Shown: positions 39,375 to 52,060 of the stretch, one piece after another
How positions within the stretch are numbered: position 1 is the first letter of the stretch
Layout: each line of letters starts with the position of its first letter
DNA from: Albugo candida
Taxonomy: Eukaryota
NCBI GenBank assembly: GCA_040437565.1
Contig: JBDOQK010000071.1
Span: forward strand, 1-64,000
DNA length: 64,000 nucleotides
Direction: 5' to 3'
The notes under the pieces: generated by a model
Told to the model about the DNA's origin: nothing
Seen by the model: only the letters and a program-made list of their open reading frames with translations
Databases searched by the model: none
Translations under genes and position numbers: made by a program

Positions 39375-40859
39375 ATGCTACGCCAAGTCGAACCCAATGA
39401 AGTGAGCACCATTGCCAACAATCCGGTGGACGCAGGCGCGCTGGAACAAGCACGTGAGATTGTTAAGGATGTGGCCAATAATGGAATTTCAGCATTGTAT
39501 GCGCATGCAATCCGATTAGGAGATCTCAATCCCTCGGAAAATGCGTCTCCACCAATCATTCTCACTCCAAAAGACATGCAAGATGCGTTCGAGAAACTTC
39601 CAGTGGAAGAGCAATCTCTGTTACAACGCACAGCTTCTCGTATTGAAACATTTGCAAAACTCCAACGGCAAAGTATCCAAAGCTTTCAGCAAACCATTGA
39701 CGGCGGTGTAATTGCCCAAGAGGTACCGTACATCACAATATTTGTATATCATCGCATCTTTCTCTTCAAAATCGTGACCCGTATGCATTGACTCGTTTAG
39801 ATCGCCCCAATGTGCACCGCTGGTTGCTATGCTCCTGGAGGACGAGTACGTTATTACCCAATCTCCTCGTCATTATCTCACTTTCAGCGTAGTATCCACT
39901 TCCTTCATCCGTTCTCATGACCGCCATCACTGCGCGAGCCGCCGGCGTGCAAACTGTCATCGTGGCGTCTCCCCGTCCGGCACTTTGTACACTTGCGGCA
40001 GCTCACGTTGCAAAAGCCGATTCTTTCCTTATCATTGGTGGAGCTCAGGTACCTTCATTTCTAACTAACCGTGAAAAACTGACTTTATACCGGTAGGCAA
40101 TTGCTGCGATGGCATACGGAGTCGGTGTTCCCTCCTGTGATATAATAGTCGGTCCAGGAAACAAGTATATGAGTTAAAGTATGCTCCGTATAGTCCTCTC
40201 ACAATCTCTTTAGATGGGTGACAGCAGCCAAATCGCTTGTGAATGGGAAATGCGCGATCGATATGTTAGCGGGTCCTTCGGAATGTCTCGTGCTCGCGGA
40301 CGATACTGCCGATGCGGAAATCGTCGCAGCTGATTTATTGGCACAAGCAGAGCACGATACAGTGGCCGTTCCAATTCTGGTGACTACAAGTCAAAATCTA
40401 ATTGATAAAGTGAATTGTGCGCTTCGTACCCAATTGGAGACGCTGTCGACACGAATTACAGCCAATGAGAGTATCCGCTCTGGATTTGCAGTCTTTTGTT
40501 CGGACATGAAGTCTGCGATTGCAATAGCAAATGAATTGGCGCCTGAGCATTTGGAAGTGTTCACAAAAAATGCGACTCAAGTTGGGCAACAGATGCAACA
40601 TTATGGTGCGCTATTCATCGGAAGTCACGCTGCTGAAGTATTTGGGGACTATGGCGCTGGTCCAAATCATGTGCTTCCAACAGGCCGCACAGCCAAGCAC
40701 ACTGGGGGGCTTTCGGTGCACACATTTCTTCGAATTCGGACTTGGATGCGGATTGATGACGTGCATGAAGCACAACCTATGGTGCGTGATGCGGTTCAGC
40801 TGGCGAGGATGGAAGGATTGGAAGGACACGCTCGATCGGCTGAAATGCGACTGAAATAA
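39375..40859 (+). CDS. hisD: Histidinol dehydrogenase (monofunctional)
   Basis: GCYAPGGRYPLPSSVLM, GGAQAIAA, VGPGNKWV, IDMLAGPSE, DLLAQAEH, APEHL and GDYGAGPNHVLPT, spread over five exons. Confidence 0.96.
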
Positions 40860-40913
40860 AGCATTTCGCTGTTCATGTATCAATTCAGTTGCAATTCAGC
40901 AATTCAATATAAA

Positions 40914-42099
40914 TTACGATTCTTTGCAACTCAATTCGCTACAATTCATCGCTGCTGTCCATTGTGCATACATTTCTTCTGTGAAGTGGACACCTGGCGG
41001 TGGAGCAGTCTCCATATCTGAGTACGGGCATTCTACTGCGTCTGGCTTTAGATCTAATTTTGCTGATCGAGCCATATTACGCAAATTTTGTGTGGTATGT
41101 ACGGCGGGCATTGCTCGCTGAAGCGTTTCTTTGATTGGAGGTAGTGTATCGTCGGTATCTGTAATATCCGCACTTTGTGCTACTGTTTCAGTAACATTAT
41201 AGTTTTCCGCCTCCTGTTCTGATTCGTCACTACTTTCGTATCTTGGGAGTTGAAACCGGTTCATTCGCTCCTCCTGTTCTTTTCGACAGTCTTCCAGGTA
41301 CTTTGCTTGCGCTACTAACACTTCGTCACTGCTTTTGCAAGCTGCGTATGCCTCCAAACAATCCTGTATGATGCACATTACCATATGTGATCAGATAGAA
41401 GCTACAGCATACAAAACTTACGTGATTAATCTTCAAGAATTCGTTGCCCCATGAAAACTCATTAATCAGTTGGATTGCTTGCTCCTATATAATCAATTGT
41501 ACGAGATTATTAGTGTTCCGGGTATATATAAAACCGGAGAGGTTATGTAGCTTACCTGCAAACCCACAATGTATAATGTTGCGGCCACTGCTTCGACGCA
41601 TGAAAGTTTTCTTACCTTACCATAATTCACGGAATTGGCTGCAACCAAAAACGGCAATAACCGATGCACTCCCGATTTCTTGAAATGATGCGGCGGTAAC
41701 TCGGTCAATTTCGCCCATGAACAATCAATAACCGAAATTCCAACGCTTTCCACAAGGTTCTGTGTAGCACACACAAACACACATTGAGGATTTTCGATAT
41801 ACTAAAAGATTGCGTATACCTACACGGTCCGCAGCAGAGATGACGGTTTTCGTACTAGGGCTCAAAACGAGCCCGCGAAAAGACTGGCCCGGACGCATGG
41901 ACCGCATATATTGCAAACGACAAAGCTTCCTTCCTGTGCATCTTTTGGCGTCACATTGCTCATAATCCCACATGAACAATTTCACGGGAAAGGAGCGACG
42001 TGAGAAAGAAAGCTCGCTTTCTTCATCACCGCGTGTCAATGGCCGAGAATTTGCCTTCGCTCGGCCCGATAATTTCTGCGGGTTTCGTTGCTTGCCCAT
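40914..42099 (-). CDS. TSR3: 18S rRNA aminocarboxypropyltransferase
   Basis: [39 protein letters not shown] and LSCVEA. Multi-exon. Confidence 0.95.
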
Positions 42100-42268
42100 G
42101 CCGGGGATTATAAACCAATCAGAAAGAGTGTGCAATGTTCGAGCCAATCATACTAGGTGCCGTCCTAACTACATTTTCCTATTTGACCGATAAAAACATT
42201 CTTCAATCGGATCATTTAACGTGCGCACACTACACCAGTAGCCGATTATAGAAGCAACACTACCGTAC

Positions 42269-43181
42269 CTACCCGCAATAAAACGGAATTAACAAGTTCG
42301 TGCGCGCTTTGTAACCTTGATACACCACGGATTTACCAAATTTCTCATCAGCATGTTTCTCGAGCAATGGGATTCCGGAAACCTTTGTTAGCAGAAAGAT
42401 GACAATAATAGGACTCGATGCTGCTAGTATGTAATCCAGCGAGCTTCGCAATGTGCTGATGCTCAGACAAAACACACCGCACCATACCAACATTTCGCCG
42501 AAGTAATTGGGGTGACGACTGTACTTCCATAAACCATGGGTAATGAACCGGTCACGGTTACTCGGATCCGCACGAAATCGACTTTTTTGTAAATCCGCAA
42601 TAGTTTCCATGCAAAACCCAAGAGCCCACACAAGTAACCCTAGGTACACCGAAGTTAGACGTGTTGCACAACATCTAGCTCGTTGACGCACCTACGACAT
42701 CGGTCCATTGAACCGGTTTTGCTCCATCGGGAAGCGGAGCTCGGCGCTGATGCGATAACAGTACTGGTAACAACGTGTTAAACACCCAAAAACCTTGCAG
42801 ACTCCACGCAGAGAAAAAAAGCACAGGGTTTGATCGAATAGTTGCAAAGCGAGCATCCTGACCAGATCGCCGGATTCGCTGAAATAGATACGTTCCAAGT
42901 CGAACGCACCAAATCCACACAAGTATACTTAAGAGTATACTATGCCAGTCTCGTACTTTACTGAGAAGCACACTTTGTAAAGAGACAATCGCAAAGGTGA
43001 CGGACCCCGTGACGTCATAATAAGTCTCACGTTGCTGAGGAATCGCTTGAAAGATTGCTACAGCCCACTGTATCAAAATACAAATAAGTGCGGGCTGATA
43101 CAATCCGGTAAGGTACGATATCACTGTCAGCAAGCAGATACTCGAAATCGTTCCCGCAACATCAACAAGAGACGGAAGCAT
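42269..43181 (-). CDS. DUF1295 / steroid 5-alpha-reductase-like membrane protein
   Basis: RLGTYLFQRI..DARF, ETIADLQK, GLWKYSRHPNYFGE and SGIPLLE. Intron 42640-42691. Confidence 0.92.
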
Positions 43182-43258
43182 GTTAACCGCCTGATCGAAC
43201 CAAACTTAATAATAATTTCGATCGTACTTTTGACCGTGCTTTTGTAATAATAACAATC

Positions 43259-44315
43259 ATGGAATCCAAAACAAGCGATTCCTTACACGCATTAGTGTTA
43301 CAATTATCGATTCAGGAACAACGTGAAAGCGCACTTTTGGAACTTAGTAAAAAACGCGAGGAATTCCCTGAACTAGCGCCTATCTTATGGCACTCTTTCG
43401 GCACTATTGCCGCATTATTACAAGAAATCGTTTCCATTTACCCGCTCCTTTCCCCTCCACAATTGACAGCGCAAGCATCCAATCGCGCATGCAATGCGCT
43501 CGCCTTACTTCAGTGCGTTGCATCTCACTACGACACACGAACTCCTTTCTTGAATGGTGCGTGGATTAGCTCCTTGGATATAATTTCTCACAGTAAATGG
43601 GTTTCCAGCGCATATTCCGTTGTACCTGTACCCGTTTTTGAACACAGTCAGTAAAAATCGTCCTTTTGAATACCTCCGACTAACAAGTTTGGGTGTCATC
43701 GGCGCACTTGTTAAAGTACGTTTTTTACCCACCAAAAGTAGCGCTAATTCTCATTCTCACATAGATCGATGATCCCGACGTCATCAATTTTCTTCTCCAA
43801 ACTGAAATTATCCCGTTATGTTTACGCATAATGGAAGCCGGCAGCGAATTGTCCAAAACCGTACGTTGAACCCTCACTCCAACGCCCATTTCCAATGATT
43901 TTTCCAGGTCGCAACCTTCATCGTCCAGAAAATCTTACTCGATGAAATGGGACTCACATATATTTGTCACACGCCCGAGAGGTTTTACGCGGTATTCTCA
44001 CAATTTCACTTGAATCAAATTTCACGGTATTAATTCTCACAGGTCGGAACGGTTTTGAGCAAAATGGTAAACGCTCTGGTGGAAGCGCCGTCCGTTCGTC
44101 TATTGAAGCACATAATCCGATGTTATTTACGTCTTGCCGATAACATTCGGGCTAAAGACGCGCTTGGCCAATGTCTCCCGGAAGCACTGAGGAACCACAC
44201 ATTTGATGCGGTTTTAAAGGAAGACACGACCACCAGTCGATGGCTCACACAATTATTAGTTCATACAAACGCAATGGATCAAAATATTCAAAATGTTCGA
44301 TTGGTCACCGGATAG
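43259..44315 (+). CDS. CNOT9: CCR4-NOT subunit 9 (Rcd1)
   Basis: [47 protein letters not shown] and [13 protein letters not shown]. Four short introns. Confidence 0.97.
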
Positions 44316-44354
44316 AAATGTTTATTTTTGTAATAGATTTCTTTTTATTTGCGG

Positions 44355-45077
44355 ATGCGTCGTTTTGTGAATGGGATTGAGTTTCCACTTCGTTTAAAGC
44401 GAAAATGTCGGAATGAAAACAATTTATTGGAATGGAAAGTGTGCTTTTGCGATCAAAAGGAATCAACTTTGGAATTTACGTGCGGGAATGAACGCGTAGA
44501 AATGTCGATAGAGCAATTGTGTGCGATACAATTTCACACATCCTCGAAAACGCGATTTATTATTTTATATAGGGAAGTCTCGGGGCGAACGATGCGAATG
44601 GAATTCATGGCGTCTTCGATTTCTCTGTGTCGGAATTTCGTTCAAAGTATTGGTAAATGGTGTGGTCAACGTCATTGGAAGGAATGTGAGGATAACGTGC
44701 AAGAAGAAATTGATATTGTGAAACGCGTGCAGCAATCTTTGCAGAAACTGGAAAAGGAAAATTGGGAGTTGCAGTGTCAAAATGTAAAGCTAACAGCAGA
44801 ATTAACAAAACAAAACGAGAATTTACGTTCTGAAAGTTTAAATGTGAATTGTTTGGAGAAGAAATTGAGAGAGAAAGATTTTGCGATTGAAAATTTGAAG
44901 TTGAGTGTAAGGAAAGCGGAAGAAAACGAAAAGGAAACAAATGATTGCAATTCGGTTTTATATCGTGAAAACAAAATGTTTCGAGAAAAAGAATTGGAGT
45001 TTTTGGAGCAGCAGGAAATTATGTGCGCTCATATTCGACGATTGGATGCGTTAGTGTACGGAAAATTTTCTCGTTAG
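44355..45077 (+). CDS. Hypothetical protein with C-terminal coiled coil
   Basis: 240-aa ORF with an E/K/Q-rich heptad region; no family recognised. Confidence 0.7.
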   Translation: MRRFVNGIEFPLRLKRKCRNENNLLEWKVCFCDQKESTLEFTCGNERVEMSIEQLCAIQFHTSSKTRFIILYREVSGRTMRMEFMASSISLCRNFVQSIGKWCGQRHWKECEDNVQEEIDIVKRVQQSLQKLEKENWELQCQNVKLTAELTKQNENLRSESLNVNCLEKKLREKDFAIENLKLSVRKAEENEKETNDCNSVLYRENKMFREKELEFLEQQEIMCAHIRRLDALVYGKFSR

Positions 45078-46204
45078 AATAAGTTGGAGCAATTCTTTAT
45101 TTCCGGTTGCGATTCATTCGACCGATTTGAACGCGAAATTGCTGGGGGTAAATGCATTTTCTCAATTTTCAATTTTCGTGAATTTCGCACTAGTCCAAGA
45201 CGAACGGCATCCAATGAATTGGAAGCAAGTGAGTGCGAATTGGAGATCTTGTCGATGGTTAGAATTCCGTCAAACGAGCTCAATTCAATTGGAAGAAATG
45301 CTTTTTCACCGGTAAACGATTGCACGTTGAAATTGTAATCAGTTGTATGCGATATAACATGTTGGAAACTGTCCGATGAATTGTATAGTTGAGTTGGAAG
45401 AAAACAAACGATTGGGTATTGACTTGTTAATAACTTGAGTTTTCGAAGAAAATGATAAAACTCTGTTTGTATTTCGTGTAAACTGGAGGACAGTTTGGGG
45501 ACTATTTGCAAAATGTTGATGCGAATAACGCGAAATTTCATGTGGCGATTGACAATCAGTTGAATTTGATGTTTTAACGCGTCAAATAATTGAACAAAAT
45601 AATCGCATGCGATCAAATGTGATGGGATATCTGTCTTGATAGGTTCGGAGACGCTGACGATAATTGGACGATTCAAATCAATTTGTTGTGACGACATTCT
45701 TTGTGAAAGATCAAATTGGTGACAAAATTTGTTTGCCTTTGTTTTGTGTGGTTGCGAGTTCGTATCGAGATATTTCCCATATTGCCATGCAATGTTGAGG
45801 GTTTTTGTTGCGTTTTCCTTCGACGTTGTGCTGTTGGAGAGAGGTTTCGCGGCGGGAATCAGATCCTTTATAAAGTGATTTCCCTCATCGATATCTTTTG
45901 TAAGAATGATAGTCGTTTGATTGGATAAAATTCCTTCTGCTACAAAATAGCGTGATAGATCTTGAACTAAGGATACACAACTACCGCTGGCGAGTATCTG
46001 GTCGACTCTGTGGGTCCAAAATGTGAGGGTGTGTAATTCAAACCCACCAATAATTCGGTCTAATTGAGGGTGACCGGTTGAAATAATATATCTTCCATGT
46101 TTAGTTGGGTGGACGCTGCACTCATCGTACGTTTCAAGAGCTCGATCCGTTTCCTCTTTTTGATCGTCAACGTGAGGGAGAAATGTGCGCTGAAAACTCG
46201 ACAT
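45074..46204 (-). CDS. ELP4: Elongator complex protein 4
   Basis: ISTGHPQLDRIIGG, LNIAWQY, FCHQFDL and RKLKIEKMHLPP. Confidence 0.9.
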   Translation of the reverse strand: MSSFQRTFLPHVDDQKEETDRALETYDECSVHPTKHGRYIISTGHPQLDRIIGGFELHTLTFWTHRVDQILASGSCVSLVQDLSRYFVAEGILSNQTTIILTKDIDEGNHFIKDLIPAAKPLSNSTTSKENATKTLNIAWQYGKYLDTNSQPHKTKANKFCHQFDLSQRMSSQQIDLNRPIIVSVSEPIKTDIPSHLIACDYFVQLFDALKHQIQLIVNRHMKFRVIRINILQIVPKLSSSLHEIQTEFYHFLRKLKLLTSQYPIVCFLPTQLYNSSDSFQHVISHTTDYNFNVQSFTGEKAFLPIELSSFDGILTIDKISNSHSLASNSLDAVRLGLVRNSRKLKIEKMHLPPAISRSNRSNESQPEIKNCSNLF

Positions 46205-46687
46205 TGCTGATTAGGGTTGATGGAACGGGACTAAAATAATGTTTTCATCAAGTTTCGGATCGATGTTCCGATCCTTATGGTTTCTAAGCTCTGCAATAAG
46301 CCTTCCAGTTCGCTCTTTTCAGTATACGTGTGAATCGCAGTCCGTGGAACGTCTACTGCGTCAATTGGATCAATGGAACCGTACGTGTTTTTTTATACAT
46401 GGGATACAATTAGAATCGTACTTGTTGTCCCAACATTAGTTTCTTGTGTGGACGTCGCGAGCCAAAGTTGTTTTGACCGATTCAAAGAGCAAATAATAGC
46501 GCAAACGTACGCTTTTCATCGCAATCATTCTTACTTCGTACTCATTCAACACAAGGTTTGAAGAAAAACGTCAACCAATCGGTGTCGTTTTATTCACAAA
46601 CGCGTCAACGGAGGTAATTGTCAAGCATTTGATTGGCTTTTTTATGCACACGCACATTGGAATTGACACACAGCTTTTGTAAACTTT

Positions 46688-47593
46688 ATGGGTTACACTA
46701 TATCTACTCATGTAGAGTCGCGCTGCATTCCAACGCGCGCTTTGCCACACTATAATAGGAAGCTATGGATGTCAGAATGCAGCGTTGCTTACGATATCAG
46801 GTATACCTATACATCATTTCTACACAATACACTGTCAAGTATCTGTATAGAACCTCCCGATATACACAAAGCTCGACAGCGACTGCAACAACAACTTGCA
46901 AATACACTTCAACTTTGTCCGGAACAACGAAAGCTTATTTTTGTGGACTCTATTGAGCATTTGGGCTCTTTTGGAGAGTATGAGCAACTGTCGCTATTAG
47001 ACGTATTCTTAGATCCGCTAAATGGAGCACGCGCTAGTTGCATGGACCCGACAACTGGAAGAGTCTTAGATGCTTCCAATTCGATTTTCGTGTTTGTATA
47101 TCGGCACTATTCATTGGAAACGCAAATTTTGCACAATCATTGGAAGGAATTCTTGGCTAAGAAATGGTCGATTGAGAATCAGAATCAGATGGAAGATATC
47201 ACAAGGACGACCCTGTTAAGTAAATTCACACCCACGGCGTTCTTAGGGCGAGTGACGCTTTCTCTATTCTACTACCCAGCAATAAATGAATCGTGTCACT
47301 TTTTCTCAGCTCAAATTGAAAAGTCGACGATTCGGTCGACTTCTGGCTGTGGCGTACAAACGTTATATTTTGCGATTGGTTTTATAGGATACCTCTATCT
47401 ATTTATACTTGTCGATCAAGGATATGCTACAAAACATGGTAAAGCAAGACCAATCCGATTTCATTCCGGCGCCAATCGTATTCGTATTCTGGATAACCGT
47501 ATGAAACAAATGATTCGAAAACGTAAAATAATAAGATTACAATCGGTCAAACGCAAAATGTATCGAAATGCAAAATTCGAAACGCTTTGCTAG
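46688..47593 (+). CDS. Hypothetical protein with one C-terminal transmembrane segment
   Basis: 301-aa ATG-initiated ORF; hydrophobic LYFAIGFIGYLYLFILV followed by a basic tail; CCAAT boxes upstream at ~46575 and ~46632. Confidence 0.6.
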   Translation: MGYTISTHVESRCIPTRALPHYNRKLWMSECSVAYDIRYTYTSFLHNTLSSICIEPPDIHKARQRLQQQLANTLQLCPEQRKLIFVDSIEHLGSFGEYEQLSLLDVFLDPLNGARASCMDPTTGRVLDASNSIFVFVYRHYSLETQILHNHWKEFLAKKWSIENQNQMEDITRTTLLSKFTPTAFLGRVTLSLFYYPAINESCHFFSAQIEKSTIRSTSGCGVQTLYFAIGFIGYLYLFILVDQGYATKHGKARPIRFHSGANRIRILDNRMKQMIRKRKIIRLQSVKRKMYRNAKFETLC

Positions 47594-47921
47594 CCAATTG
47601 CGTTGAATCTTCTTAATAGACGTTTCTTAATTGGCTGTTCATACTGCTGATTAAATACGGAACAAAACCCTTATCTTCAACACGCATCTTCAAGTTGTAA
47701 AATGTCACAAACGGGTCAAATAACTCAGAAAAAGCTTTTATGGTCTTATGGCCAACTATTACCCAATAGAGCGTTTCTAGCAACATAACCGCCACAGTTG
47801 TTTGGATCAGCGATTAAGGCAACGACCAGCCCTCTCTCAACTTGATGGCCCACAATCTCATCAATCTTTCGATTGACGAGTTTGTAAGCGTTTTCTCTGC
47901 AAAACTAACGCGCTTTTGAAA

Positions 47922-49016
47922 ATGAATAACACGATATCCGCTCCAGACACGACGAAGTCTTCACTATTTCGCCGACCAAACGACTGCATGCAATCGCTTT
48001 GTGCAGGTGTCATTGCTGGTTGTGTAACTCGCACATGCACGTCACCGTTAGATGTACTAAAAGTAGTAGTGCAAGTGAAATCGCACGCTACATGGACAAA
48101 ATTGTTGAATGAGACTTCTTCCCAGTCAATTTCGTGTTCTGCGTTTCCATCATCAGTCACACGACCGCCTTGGGCGTTGTCTTCATGTTATTTAAATCGA
48201 ACAGTTCAACGTTTGTATCAGTCGGACGGAGTCTGTGGATTCTGGCGGGGAAATATAATTGGGTGTTGTCGCTTGGGACCGTATTCGGGCACCAAGTTTT
48301 TATTATTCGATATGCTACAAAAACGTATCAATGAAGTGCCTTCGAAATACGAAGTAGCAAGCTGTGGGGCGGTCGCAGGTTTGATTGCGACATTGGTGAC
48401 ATACCCTCTTGAAGTCGTTAGAACACGAGTCATAACGCAACGTTTCACGGTTTCCTCGGGACTTGAAAATATTCAAGGATTAAGACACGGGCTATACCAG
48501 ATCATCAAGTTGGAAGGGGTACGAGGGTTATATTGTGGCAGTGCGTCTGGTTTACTTGGTGTTATCCCGTTTGAAGGGGTGCAGTTTGGTTGTTATGAGT
48601 ACCTCAAGTCCCGGTTTACACAAAAACGGTACACGTTGTGCTCATGGCCAGATTCCAAGCTTGAACTTGATACAGTGGATTTTCTTGTGTGTGGGAGTAT
48701 TGCGGGGGTGGCGGGTCAAATGGTGTCGTATCCTTTCGACACCGTAAAGAAACGATTGCAGCTGCCAACAGTAGCCGGTGAGAATGCATATACTGGAATG
48801 AGAGACTGCTTTAGTAGAATTGTACGTGAAGAAGGATTCTTGGCATTGTATCGTGGAACTGTTCCAAATTTGATTCGTATCGTACCGTATGCCGCTTTAA
48901 TGTTCAGCACGTTCGAAAGTAGCAAGCGATTGCTCTATACAATGTCGGAGTATCAATACATTGGGAACGAGACGTGGGACGATGACTTTACTGAGGCACA
49001 AGCTCGACTTTACTGA
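47922..49016 (+). CDS. Mitochondrial carrier (SLC25 family)
   Basis: Three PX[DE]XX[KR] signatures (PLDVLK, PLEVVR, PFDTVK) plus GFWRGN, GLYCG and ALYRG. Confidence 0.95.
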   Translation: MNNTISAPDTTKSSLFRRPNDCMQSLCAGVIAGCVTRTCTSPLDVLKVVVQVKSHATWTKLLNETSSQSISCSAFPSSVTRPPWALSSCYLNRTVQRLYQSDGVCGFWRGNIIGCCRLGPYSGTKFLLFDMLQKRINEVPSKYEVASCGAVAGLIATLVTYPLEVVRTRVITQRFTVSSGLENIQGLRHGLYQIIKLEGVRGLYCGSASGLLGVIPFEGVQFGCYEYLKSRFTQKRYTLCSWPDSKLELDTVDFLVCGSIAGVAGQMVSYPFDTVKKRLQLPTVAGENAYTGMRDCFSRIVREEGFLALYRGTVPNLIRIVPYAALMFSTFESSKRLLYTMSEYQYIGNETWDDDFTEAQARLY

Positions 49017-49129
49017 GATATTGATAATTATTTGAAGCAACATTAAATATCATGGCATACGGTTATGATGTTCCATAATATGCTTACAATACATTTATCC
49101 TAATCAACATATCCGTTTTCCCGAATTAT

Positions 49130-50489
49130 CTAATTTCGCAATATATCGTCTGAATTTGCGCTTGAGCCTAAGAAATACCAATCGTTCTGATACTGATCAA
49201 AGTCGAGCGCTTGCACCCAATCGATCATTTCATCTGCTTCCAAAAATTCCAGATTTTCCGTTTTCGTTTCATCATCCGATTCAATTTTTCTTTCTTTCTC
49301 TGCTTCTTTCTGATATAATTTCACCATCCAATTGATATGTTTCTTCCTCTTCAACTTCCGTAAATGATTTCCGTTTGGAATTTTTGAATAGTGAAATCTT
49401 GAACGTGACACCTGCGTTGCAGTCGCTTTACTTACAGCGTCGTTGCAAGTGTCCCCGATACATTTCACACTCACAGATCGCCATCCATTTTGCTCCAATC
49501 GTTTGTACCAATTTCGTGTTCTTTGTTCGTTTTGACGTACTCGAAAAAACGCGTTACCAACACGCAAAAACTTTTTTTTAGGTGCGGTGAAGACGTGTTT
49601 TTTTGTGTAATCTTTCGGACTGAACGCATTTAAATCGCAAATCGGTGAGCGAGTGAAGATTTTATAATAAATTGTCGGAGGAAATTGAAAACCTCCCAAA
49701 CGAAATCGAACGTGCGCGCTCATAGACGCATCCAAATATTTCGCTTCAATAGGATTGATTGCGCGTAATATTGCGATCGGATCGCCCGTATTTTCGAATT
49801 TTAAAAGACTGGAGATATATCGAAACTGTTGACGATTCTGATACGTCTTCCAGCAGTTTTGTACTTTTTGTGACGCCACTACGTACGACGAAACCCGCGG
49901 TTTTGGCTTTTGCAGATGAAAATTACGCCAAGCAATTTGAATTTCGGCTGCAGCAATCGAATACAAAGATAGCCGTTTCCAAACGAATCGCCGACGAGCG
50001 ATTTGCATCCGGTACCAACTTTGTATCATAGTTGCTGTAAAATCGTGAAACCCGCTTGAATTACCAAACGTTCCATTCCCGGAAACAATATATTTCTGCA
50101 TCGGCGACGCGTATACAATTGTTCGATTCATTTTCGCGACAGAGTAGTATTTCATGCGACAAAGTATTCCACGGAAATATTTCTAGATATATTACATCGA
50201 TAAATCACACAGTGATGTAAATGTTCACGTACCTGAATTTGAATTGCGGCCAAATGAAACGCAGCCATCGGGAAGTCCCAAGGTCGTTGAATTATGATCT
50301 ATACAAACCGTCAATAATCGGATTTGTTTTACTGCGTTTTCATACACGCTGTTCAATTTTGCTTTTTCGCATGAAAAGCGACTCCCAAACGTGAGAGTCA
50401 GTACGTTCATTACGTTTTCTGAACGCACTTTGATATCGTCCGTGAGTGCGTGCGAGCAAACTGAGTTGCTGGAACGCATTCTCATTCAT
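49130..50489 (-). CDS. IQ-motif protein, C11orf65-like
   Basis: IQ motifs (spliced AAIQIQKYFRG, IQSWYR, IQIAWR); HVRFRLGG..FPP.IYYKIF, WYKR..NGWR and LDFDQY..W. Two 5' introns inferred. Confidence 0.8.
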
Positions 50490-50537
50490 CGCGTTCCAAA
50501 ATAAACTCGATACAAATTCCAAGTGAACGATTTATTG

Positions 50538-52060
50538 TTAATAAAACGAAGCGCGATCAAACACTAAACTCGGATTCGATTTCGTCATTAATTGAAAATG
50601 CGCGATTTCCGCTTGAGTCATTTCCTCTTCAGATAAATGTTAGGGATATTTTGCAGAAGTAATATTTACGTTTTCGTACCAACAAGAAATCGAACTGCCG
50701 TATAATACGCCAAAACGCTTTCCATTTCATCGGAATTATACGCTCCAAACGTTTTGCGAAGATCTTTGAAGTTGATTTTCTCCCAAAGTTTCACTTTAGA
50801 AGGATAACGGTCGGTTGTTGCACCAATAAATAATCCGTTTTTCAACTTTCGTTCTTTCAAGTAGCCATCCGGCCCAACATCCAGCAATGCGTCGACGACA
50901 GAGATATCGGACGGGTAAACGGGTTTCCCATCAAATCCGAAAATTGTATCTTGATACCACGAACTAAATTCGTCAATAGCAATTAATACCGGAAATCTAT
51001 CAGATAATAATGTAAGTTCAATACGATGAAAAGCAACCAAAACGTTGACTACTCTTCAACTTTGTTAAGTTCGGCCCGAAGATCCACGACCGCCACACAT
51101 GCCAAATCTTCCTCGCGGATGCCAATTTCCACGATATCCGCCAGTGTCAGTGCGACATCATCGGTTTTGACTCCAGCTTTTGGACGTTGTGAGAATTTCT
51201 CTGTTGGGTAGTATCGATCTTTATACTCGTTTCGAAGTGGAATTTGGCGCAGTTGCTTGATATGTGAAGACGCAAATACTTTAAGCATTTGTTGCCCATA
51301 AAGATCAATGTCGAATTTTGATGGAATGAAGGTCGAAGGAATAACGTACGGTGCACGAAAGCACCACGACCGAGCGCGTGGAACGTACAAAACGATCCAA
51401 TTATTAGCCCGCGCAAAATGAACGATTTGAAGTAATGCTAAACTGCAAAACGAAAATTTCAACTTTGGGAAATGCCGTAATTGAAAGTACCTTTTGCCAG
51501 TTCCTCGTTCTCCATCAAGAATGAATGCGGGCGGACGATCACACTGCGTGGGTTGCTGCCAATCTACAATTCAAAATGAGCGATGCGAGAGAGTCCAATT
51601 CATTGCAATTACTTTTCATAACGGATAGAATGTCAGCGGTTGGTTTACGTAACATAATGTGATCGTATCCAATAAGATCGAACGCGCGAACGAGTCGTTT
51701 GGTAACGCTGTCAAAGTATTGAGACATTTTTCCAGTTCAAGACGAGATTACGTACGCTTCAGGGAAAAAACTGGTTCGGTCTTCTTGTGTGAGTGCAAAG
51801 AATTTGTTTGTATCAGATTCTGGATCGACCTGGCAAAACAATTGTAGATTGATCAATCGGTAAGGGTACTGCCGATGTACCTCCGTGATGGAATGTTTGG
51901 CGATTGCGGGAATCTCAGGAACCGGTAGAATCTCAATCGAGTCTTCATCGTCGCTGAAAGAGCATAGAGATCGGTGACTGACTTTGTTGTAATTGAAAAA
52001 GCGTTTGCATTGCGTGTTGGATGAATGAAAGATTGAGCGCACCACGTACGAACCACGCAT
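50538..52060 (-). CDS. DAP3: Mitochondrial ribosomal protein mS29 (DAP3)
   Basis: P-loop FILDGERGTGKS, HFARANNWIVLYVP and FPVLIAIDEF; N-terminal presequence-like region. Multi-exon. Confidence 0.88.

Noticed and set aside
46238..46560. Small spliced gene upstream of ELP4
   Set aside because: I could not build a consistent ATG-to-stop model with recognisable content on either strand.
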